Source of the DNA: Acidobacteriota bacterium
GTDB taxonomy: Bacteria > Acidobacteriota > Blastocatellia > RBC074
Direction of reading: 5' to 3'
Assembly: GCA_037439425.1 (NCBI GenBank)
Contig: JBBIWA010000009.1
Location: forward strand, 30,822 to 94,821
Length of the DNA stretch: 64,000 nucleotides
Shown here piece after piece: positions 58,901 to 64,000 of the stretch (within the stretch, counting starts at the first letter, position 1; each line of letters begins with the position of its first letter). The notes beneath the pieces were generated by a model. It ran no database searches. It saw only the letters and a list, made by a program, of their open reading frames with translations, and was not told the DNA's origin. The position numbers were made by a program, and so were the translations under genes.

Positions 58901-59166
58901 TGCCCGCAGGCACCTTCGCTTATGGCACTGCCGGTAAGAACATCGTCATTGCTGATGGGATTGAGAACTTCGACCTGGGGTTATTCAAGAACTTCAACAT
59001 TGACGAGCAACGCAAGCTGCAATTCCGCGCCGAGGTCTTCAATTTCCCCAACCATCCCAACTTCGGCATTCCGGACCGCAACCGAGCGTCTAGCTCTTTT
59101 GGCAGAGTAGGCTCTACGATCACTTCAAGCCGCCAGATTCAATTCGGGTTGAAGTTCATCTTCTAA
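55906..59166 (+). CDS. TonB-dependent receptor, Oar-like (CarboxypepD_reg-like N-domain plus plug/barrel), paralog of 44556..47975
   Basis: MKQLLLTSILLTVCCSLAVESARAQGFTATIRGTVTDATGAVVPGVTITVQNANKGWTRTATTNESGDYVVTQLPVDTYTITAQMTGF. The C-terminus ends QIQFGLKFIF. Confidence 0.85.
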   Translation: MKQLLLTSILLTVCCSLAVESARAQGFTATIRGTVTDATGAVVPGVTITVQNANKGWTRTATTNESGDYVVTQLPVDTYTITAQMTGFKTEVRQGIVLQVGQEARIDFSLGVGSTEEKIIIAAVAPLVQSENAMVGNVIDEQKVKELPLNGRIFWQLAQLAPNVFNPPQGSTLGFRGGFNVAGNPEVNNNFILDGIDNNDETTAQPTHRPSIDGIREFKVLTGIYSAEYGRQSGGQIVITTKSGTNEYHGTVFEFLRNDNLDARDFFMRARPGQKRRSELPELKRNQFGASGGGPIIKDRTFFFGTYEGLRLSEGVARLGSVPTEKMRRGDLSELSGTIRDPQTGQPFPNNLIPDSRIHPTSRALLQYWPLPNQPGTVNNFALNRVRTENQNQFSVRIDHKFSDKNNFFGSYQFNQRKSFEASNPLCGSRVLPQFGCTEPERTQHISLVDTHVFTTRLLNEFRIGYNRMRTNRFQEDMILGNVVQKLGIPQGGANGLAGPDFFNTGVPEVVVTGLATIGGPTNLPQGRRTNTYNIVDNITYTWGNHTIKGGFDYKHFIFNSFFTQDGRGNFTFNGQFTGNAYADFLLGLLRSTRRAPGLPFSNTFTSSHGYYVQDDWKVTQKLTLNYGLRYELSFPELERVNKMSSFDPKTGRVPVADGRLLDVDTATGNLITVGQSPLGRRLWKLDKNNFAPRFGFAWRPFGDNRTVVRGGYGIFYNHIVAGNGLSPMFRGIPFRFRQTFTNTTTRVIATWENPFPSGVAVGGFTPEGINPDFPSAYIQQWSLGIQRELTPNLVVEATYLGSKGTHLPLIFNINKPTPGPGTIQPRRPYPQWSSINWRDAVGTSNFNSLALRLEHRFSHGLSALVSWTISKSIDLGAPPSTSGTGEAGVQDPRNLRAERGLSEFDSRHRFITSVVYELPWGPGKRWFSSARGVLAQIVGGWQVTGILLLQSGRPFTVITSRDISNTGGANRPNLIGNPKLDKPTPERWFNTDAFSDTLPAGTFAYGTAGKNIVIADGIENFDLGLFKNFNIDEQRKLQFRAEVFNFPNHPNFGIPDRNRASSSFGRVGSTITSSRQIQFGLKFIF

Positions 59167-59417
59167 CCCTTTCCACCTGACTCCTCCATAAGTCGCGCGG
59201 GCATCTCAGGGGATGCTCGCGCGACCAATTCTCTTCATCTGACAAGCCCGCCCGAGCTGCTCTCCCTTGACCTAAAGACGCTCCCTACCGTTCGTGGTAC
59301 TGATTCGGGGAGCAAGAGGCTTCCTCCAGGTCGCGGTACTTCGGGCAGCGATCAGTACTGCGACCGGTAGGGGACGGTCTCTTTTCCCCGATTTCTTAAA
59401 CTCTTATAGCGCGCCAG

Positions 59418-59498
59418 CTCTTGGGCACCGCGCGTGCTGATGGAAGCCAAGCACGCAAGGATGCGTGCGCTCCCAGGGTTTTTCTGAGGAGCAAGGGG
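59418..59498 (+). repeat. Type-1 structured repeat, shortened copy D
   Basis: ctcttgggcaccgcgcgtgc-tgatggaagccaa-gcacgcaaggatgcgtgcgctcccagggtttttctgaggag. Confidence 0.7.
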
Positions 59499-59507
59499 TA
59501 GAGTAGC

Positions 59508-59541
59508 CAGACCTCAGACCTCAGACCTCAGATTTCAGACC
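59508..59541. repeat. Tandem octamer cagacctc x3.5
   Basis: cagacctcagacctcagacctcagatttcagacc, read directly. Confidence 0.7.
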
Positions 59542-59704
59542 AAAGAAGTGGAGGAGTGCAACGAGTGAGCGAGTGAAGGGGTGGAAGAGTAAGAGAAGTG
59601 GATCGCTGGCTCGGTGGAGAAGCAGAGTGCAGGAGTACAAAAACAGTACGAATCCGAAATGAAGCCGATCTCCAGTTGATGGATGTCTGGCCGAACCATC
59701 ATAG

Positions 59705-59712
59705 TGTATAAT
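59705..59712 (+). promoter_or_regulatory. Extended -10 element TGTATAAT 10 nt upstream of the DUF433 ATG (near-leaderless transcript)
   Basis: tagTGtATAATggtgtgcactATG. The hexamer overlaps the first in-frame ATG (59711), which argues for ATG 59723 as the true start. Confidence 0.45.
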
Positions 59713-59722
59713 GGTGTGCACT

Positions 59723-60061
59723 ATGAGCACGCTTGAGACCAAACAAGATGTACCTTTGACGCTCTGGGAAGATGGCTCGATCCGCATCACAGGCTCGCGG
59801 GTCACGTTGGAGGCCATCGTCCACCAATTCAAACTCGGCGCGACGGCGGAACAGATTCAGGATAGCTTTCCCTCGCTTACGTTGCAGCAGATCTACGGGG
59901 CGATCTTCTACTACTTGGCCAATACCGAAGCCGTAGAAAAATATCTCAGCCAACGAGAAGAGGCCGCCGCCGAGGGACGACGCTTCATCGAGAGCCATTT
60001 TGATACCACGACGTTGCGGGCGCGGATCCGCGCGCGGCGCGACCAACTGGTGAAGAAATAA
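59723..60061 (+). CDS. DUF433 domain protein (putative antitoxin-like partner)
   Basis: ITGSRVTLEAIVHQFKLGATAEQIQDSFPSLTLQQIYGAIFYYLAN fits the DUF433 pattern. Confidence 0.7.
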   Translation: MSTLETKQDVPLTLWEDGSIRITGSRVTLEAIVHQFKLGATAEQIQDSFPSLTLQQIYGAIFYYLANTEAVEKYLSQREEAAAEGRRFIESHFDTTTLRARIRARRDQLVKK

Positions 60062-60091
60062 AGTCCCGGGTTGGCGCTCGAATCTGCCGCG

Positions 60092-60439
60092 ATGCGCTTT
60101 CTGACAGACGAAAATTTCAATCATCGCATCCTGCGCGGCTTGAAGCTTCGGGTTCCCAGTCTCGATTATATCGTGGCCCAAGAGACGGAGCTTCAAGGAA
60201 CCAAAGACCCAGTAATGCTCGCCGGGGCGGCAGAGCAAGGCCGGATTCTCCTCACTCACGACGTCAGCACCGTTCCGAAATATGCTTACGAGCGCATCGC
60301 TGCTGGCCAGATCATGCCTGGGGTGATCATCGTCCCGGAGACACTGCCTATTGGGCAGGCCATTGAAGAGCTCGTCACCGTCATCGAGTGCTCTGAGCAG
60401 AGCGAATACGAGAATCAAGTCGTCCATCTTCCGTTGTGA
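60092..60439 (+). CDS. DUF5615 (PIN-like) domain protein (putative toxin-like partner)
   Basis: MRFLTDENFNHRILRGLKL...GRILLTHDVS fits DUF5615. It lies 30 nt downstream of the DUF433 gene. Confidence 0.7.
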   Translation: MRFLTDENFNHRILRGLKLRVPSLDYIVAQETELQGTKDPVMLAGAAEQGRILLTHDVSTVPKYAYERIAAGQIMPGVIIVPETLPIGQAIEELVTVIECSEQSEYENQVVHLPL

Positions 60440-60469
60440 AATGGCGGCTCAATGAGATGAAACCTTTAA

Positions 60470-60592
60470 GAGGGAGGAGCGCGAGAAAGGGGAGAGGGAG
60501 AAAGGGAGAGGGGGAGCAGGGGAGCAGCACGATTGCGGATTGAAGGGAAGGGGGAAGGGAAAAAGGGAGAAAGGGGAAAAGGACTCTCTCTG
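60470..60592 (+). repeat. About 120-nt GA-rich polypurine tract with more than 20 GGA/AGGGA motifs
   Basis: agggaggagcgcgagaaaggggagagggagaaagggagagggggagcaggggagcagc...gaagggaagggggaagggaaaaagggagaaaggggaaaagga. Minus-strand ORFs here are just translations of the pyrimidine strand. Confidence 0.8.
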
Positions 60593-60640
60593 GTTTTCTC
60601 CGGGAAGCGCCCCCGAATACAGTGGCGCCATGATCTGCCG

Positions 60641-60682
60641 AGTCATTCATGTCGCGCTGCAACGCGCGGAGGGAGGTCGTTA
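60641..60682 (+). repeat. Type-1 structured repeat, 5'-module fragment E (gagtcattcATGtcgcgctgcaacgcgcggagggagg)
   Basis: Matches the 5' module of units A and B1, including the SD+ATG start MSRC(N/D)A. It lies 35 nt upstream of the CRTAC1 gene SD. Confidence 0.65.
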
Positions 60683-60718
60683 TCTGCCTGAGTTTTAAAA
60701 TTCGCGGAGGAGGCTCAG

Positions 60719-62548
60719 TTGCAGATGCTGCGGAGCCGGGCTTATATTAGAGCAGTCATGAGCAGACCACAGTCAATTCACCTTCAGCTCTGCGGCAGAC
60801 CCTGGGTTCTGGCCAGCGCCTTGTTTTGCCTGATAGCTTGCCTTGGCCTGGCACAAAACGGTGTCGGGTCTTCCACGGCGGATGGCTACAGAGTCTCGTT
60901 CACCAATGTGGCAGACGCAGCAGGGCTCGTCGCCAAAACGATCTACGGCGATGAACACAGGAACAAGTACCTGCTTGAAACGACGGGCTGCGGCGTGGCC
61001 TGGTTTGATTATGACAACGACGGCTGGCTCGATCTCTTCTTCGTCAATGGGACGCGGCTTGGCGGTTTCCCTAAAGGACAGGAACCGACCAATCATCTCT
61101 ATCGCAACAACCGCGATGGCACCTTCACAGATGTGACCGAGAAGGCGGGCCTCATGCGCTCCGGCTGGGGTCAGGGCGTGTGCATCGGCGATTACGACAA
61201 TGATGGGTTTGAAGATCTGTTCATTTCTTACTACGGCCAGAACGTGCTCTATCGCAACAACGGCAATGGCACTTTTACTGACGTCTCGGAGAAAGCGGGC
61301 CTAGCTGGGATGAGGACCCGTTGGGGCAGCGGCTGCGCCTTTCTTGATTATGACCGCGACGGGGATCTGGACCTGTTTGTCGCTAACTACATTGATCTGG
61401 ATCTGAAGACGGCGCCGACACCCGAGACGGGGCCGTGCCTTTACAAAGGCGTGATGGTGGCTTGCGGGCCGCCAGGATTGCAGGGGGGAGTGAACATTCT
61501 CTATCGCAATAACGGCGACGGCACGTTCACGGATGTCTCAGAGAAAGCCGGGATCACTAAAACCTATGGAACCTATGGGCTGGGCGTGCTCGTAGCCGAT
61601 TTTGACGATGATGGCTGGCCTGATATCTACGTGGCCAATGACTCGGCCGCGGCCGCGCTCTATCGCAACAACAAAGATGGAACGTTCACCGACATCGGCG
61701 TCGAAGCGGGCGCCGCTTACAGCGGCGATGGCAAACCGCAAGCTGGAATGGGCGTCACGGCAGGCGATTACGATGGCGACGGCAGGCTCGATATTTTTAA
61801 GACCAACTTCTCCGGCGACACTTCGACGCTTTACCGCAATTTAGGCAAAGAGACTTTCGAGGATGTGACCTTCAAAAGCGGGATAGGAAAGAACACGCGC
61901 TGGCTGGGCTGGGGCTGCGGCTTTGTGGATTTCGATAACGACACCTGGCTCGATATTTTGCTCGTCAATGGCCACGTCTATCCCGAAGTCGAACGACTCG
62001 ACACAGAAGCCGGTTATGCGCAACGCAAGGTGCTTTATCGCAACCTGCGCGATGGAACTTTTGAAGACATCACGGAAAAGATCGGCGGAGCGCTCCTGGA
62101 GCCAACGGCGAGTCGCGGCGCAGCTTTCGGCGATTACGACAACGATGGCGACATTGATGTGGCGATCAATCCGGTCAACGATTATCCGGTCTTGCTGCGC
62201 TGCGATTCAAGTACGGGAAACAACTGGATCAAAGTGCGCGCGATTGGAACTAAATCGAACCGCAGCGGCATCGGCGCTCGTATTTATTGTGTCACGGAAG
62301 ATCGCTCGCAGCTTGATGAAGTGCGCAGCGGCGGTAGCTACTATTCGCAAAACGATCTGCGTCTACACTTTGGCCTGGGCAAGGCGGCGAAGGTCAAGAC
62401 GTTTGAGATTCGCTGGCCGAGCGGGCAGGTAGACAGGCTGAGCGATGTAGCGGCCAATCAGGTGATTTACGTCAAAGAAGGAGCTGGCATAGTGAAGCAG
62501 GAAGCAAACTTTAGTCGCCCAAGAAACGGTAAAGAAAGAACGCCGTGA
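60719..62548 (+). CDS. CRTAC1-family protein (FG-GAP/VCBS repeats plus ASPIC/UnbV), paralog of 52593..54380
   Basis: Same repeat architecture, with C-terminal NNWIKVRAIGTKSNRSGIGARIYCVTEDRSQLDEVRSGGSYYSQNDLRLHFGLG. TTG 60719 (SD GGAGGAGG 5 nt upstream) or ATG 60725 are both possible starts. Confidence 0.85.
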   Translation: MQMLRSRAYIRAVMSRPQSIHLQLCGRPWVLASALFCLIACLGLAQNGVGSSTADGYRVSFTNVADAAGLVAKTIYGDEHRNKYLLETTGCGVAWFDYDNDGWLDLFFVNGTRLGGFPKGQEPTNHLYRNNRDGTFTDVTEKAGLMRSGWGQGVCIGDYDNDGFEDLFISYYGQNVLYRNNGNGTFTDVSEKAGLAGMRTRWGSGCAFLDYDRDGDLDLFVANYIDLDLKTAPTPETGPCLYKGVMVACGPPGLQGGVNILYRNNGDGTFTDVSEKAGITKTYGTYGLGVLVADFDDDGWPDIYVANDSAAAALYRNNKDGTFTDIGVEAGAAYSGDGKPQAGMGVTAGDYDGDGRLDIFKTNFSGDTSTLYRNLGKETFEDVTFKSGIGKNTRWLGWGCGFVDFDNDTWLDILLVNGHVYPEVERLDTEAGYAQRKVLYRNLRDGTFEDITEKIGGALLEPTASRGAAFGDYDNDGDIDVAINPVNDYPVLLRCDSSTGNNWIKVRAIGTKSNRSGIGARIYCVTEDRSQLDEVRSGGSYYSQNDLRLHFGLGKAAKVKTFEIRWPSGQVDRLSDVAANQVIYVKEGAGIVKQEANFSRPRNGKERTP

Positions 62549-62786
62549 TGGCGCGACTATTATTTGACTCGACTTGATCCATTTGGGGTCTTAAAAAAAT
62601 AACGACAGGTTGCGTAAGCTGAAGACCGCTTTTTCAGAGAGCTATTCTCTGCCACCACTGTCTGTCGAGTCGCTGCCGCAGCGGAGCAAGTGGCCTGGCC
62701 GTAGTAGGAGCGAGCTCTGGGCATTGTAGATCGCTCTGTTGCGTCAACGGTAGCGGCCATTCTGTTGCTGGGTTATTGAGGGTCCT

Positions 62787-63248
62787 ATGTATTGCCCATC
62801 CTGTGGCGTCGAATATTCGCAGAAACTGAATTACTGCAAGCAGTGCGGAGCGAGGCTGAAGGTGCCAGCCAGGGCCGGTAAAGGCCGGGAGCCGCACCTG
62901 AAATTCACCGGTATGTTCTGGGCCATTGCAGTCTTCGGTACCATCAGCTTGACGCTGCTTTTGGGAGCCTTGATCTCATTAGTGGCTCTTGGAGTGCGCG
63001 GAGATGAGCTACTGGTTGGTTTCTTTTTTGGTGCGCTGATAGTCTTGGGCATCGCTGGGATGATGATTCGCCAGTTGTCGCGGTTGATCACTGCTTATCA
63101 GGAGACTAACCGCTCGGCAGTCTCTGCAACTGCCAGCTTACCTGAGAAGCAGCCAGCGCAGATTGCTGCTGCGCCTGATCTGGCATCGAGCGTGGTAGAA
63201 GATACAACCCGCCAGTTCGATACCTCAAAACAGTATCAGGAGCAATAG
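62787..63248 (+). CDS. Zinc-ribbon domain membrane protein
   Basis: MYCPSCGVEYSQKLNYCKQCGARL is the zinc ribbon. Two TM helices and a C-terminal tail follow. Confidence 0.6.
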   Translation: MYCPSCGVEYSQKLNYCKQCGARLKVPARAGKGREPHLKFTGMFWAIAVFGTISLTLLLGALISLVALGVRGDELLVGFFFGALIVLGIAGMMIRQLSRLITAYQETNRSAVSATASLPEKQPAQIAAAPDLASSVVEDTTRQFDTSKQYQEQ

Positions 63249-63293
63249 CGAGCTGCCTCGCTACCGCTCCCGCTACTATCCCAATGTCGTTGC

Positions 63294-64000
63294 ATGAAAC
63301 GAAAGCCTCAGATCAATTCCTCGATTCATCAGATCATTCAGGCTAGCCTGATCAGCTTGCTTATCTGCGGTTGCCTGGCCAGCAACGTGCCGGCGCAGCG
63401 GCCTACGGCACGCACAGCCGAGCAACATTACGCCCAGGGGATGAAGTCTCTGCAAAAAAATAATCTGGCCCGTGCAGCCAGTGAATTTCGCGCCGCATTG
63501 CGTTTGCGGCCAGATTTCGCCGAAGCGCACCACGCGCTTGGCCTTGTGCTTGGGCAGCAAGGAAAGCTTGAGGCTGCTGTTGCTTCATTCCGTGAAGCTG
63601 TTCGCCTGAAACCAGATCTTGCTGAAGCGCACGGCAATCTTGGCCTGGCTTTGCAGCAGCAAGGAAAGCTCGACCAGGCAATCAGCGCCTTGCGCGCAGC
63701 CGTCCGCCTGAAGCCCGATGAGGCTGCATTTCGCAGCGCGCTCGGCTTCGCGCTCGGTCAGAAAGGAGATCTCGCCGCAGCGTCAGCCGAATTCGAGACG
63801 GCAACGCGCCTCAAACCCGATTTTCAAGAAGCGCAATTCAGACTGGGAGTGACGCGCTCTCTAGCTGGAGAGCATGCCGCTGCCATTGCGCCTCTGCGTG
63901 AGGCCGTGCGCCTCAAGCCAGATCACATCGAAGCGCATTACTATCTTGGCCTCTCATTGCAAAAGAATGGCCAACTGGCAGAAGCTATCGCGCAGTTGCG
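63294..64000 (+). CDS. TPR repeat protein (secreted), 3'-truncated by the window end
   Basis: ATG 63294. Signal/lipobox-like LISLLICGCLASN, then repeated AEFRAALRLRPDFAEAHHALGLVLGQQGKLEAAVASFREAVRLKPD TPR units. No stop before 64000. Confidence 0.75.
   Translation, partial: MKRKPQINSSIHQIIQASLISLLICGCLASNVPAQRPTARTAEQHYAQGMKSLQKNNLARAASEFRAALRLRPDFAEAHHALGLVLGQQGKLEAAVASFREAVRLKPDLAEAHGNLGLALQQQGKLDQAISALRAAVRLKPDEAAFRSALGFALGQKGDLAAASAEFETATRLKPDFQEAQFRLGVTRSLAGEHAAAIAPLREAVRLKPDHIEAHYYLGLSLQKNGQLAEAIAQL

Noticed and set aside
59699-60427. 242-aa ORF on the minus strand
   Set aside because: It lies entirely antisense to the DUF433/DUF5615 pair, which have recognisable domains. It is a high-GC antisense artefact.
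60381-60662. ORFs of 93 and 65 aa on the minus strand
   Set aside because: They are translations of the pyrimidine strand of the GA tract, giving low-complexity PFLPLPF repeats.

Overview
This looks like a high-GC Acidobacteria-type chromosomal segment. The call rests on a VWFA-related Acidobacterial domain, a Solibacter-type C-terminal domain, Oar-like TonB receptors and CRTAC1/ASPIC-UnbV proteins. All of it is inferred from the translated ORFs and the raw sequence; no database search was run.

The window breaks into five parts:
1. Positions 1-6000: a degraded, repeat-rich region. It holds a frameshifted DUF4870 gene, a PilZ gene, a VWA-domain protein, hairpin-containing tandem repeats, and a truncated and frameshifted ABC-transporter ATPase remnant.
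2. Positions 6240-12711: an apparent operon of four hydrolases (two PF01663 alkaline-phosphatase/phosphodiesterase paralogs, a membrane-anchored sulfatase, an alpha/beta hydrolase). It is followed by a 1.18-kb gene-less, repeat-dense spacer.
3. Positions 15099-29128: small genes (RDD, DUF971, DUF1232, Uma2 endonuclease) and an RluA-family pseudouridine synthase. Next come a coiled-coil methyltransferase, a GT4 glycosyltransferase and a second methyltransferase. Then a Ser/Thr kinase-FHA plus FHA pair and TPR, membrane and secreted proteins.
4. Positions 29451-37845: a conserved housekeeping block. It runs CAP-domain protein, ispE, tRNA-Gln(UUG), prs, rplY(ctc), pth, rpsF, rpsR, rplI, dnaB, alr.
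5. Positions 38000-64000: an envelope and nutrient-acquisition region. It holds a YihY membrane protein, a PHB-depolymerase-like esterase, a 1.4-kb gene-less stretch and an ExeM/NucH extracellular nuclease. It also holds two Oar-like TonB-dependent receptors, a ToxR/CadC-like membrane regulator, a TPR-CRTAC1-glycosidase operon and a DUF433/DUF5615 TA-like pair. It ends with a second CRTAC1 gene, a zinc-ribbon membrane protein and a partial TPR gene.

The most striking thing I saw is a family of dispersed, highly structured intergenic repeats, at least 8 copies or fragments in 64 kb. Each unit is about 150 nt and is bounded by roughly 28-bp terminal inverted repeats that are themselves palindromic. 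Complete units end in a purine-rich GGAG tail, and that tail forms the Shine-Dalgarno of downstream genes, including rplI and a TonB receptor. One copy sits as a tandem dimer inside the rpsF-rpsR-rplI ribosomal operon. Two further repeat classes, two CRISPR-like repeat clusters that I do not call CRISPR, a long GA-rich polypurine tract and several operator-like palindromes are also present.
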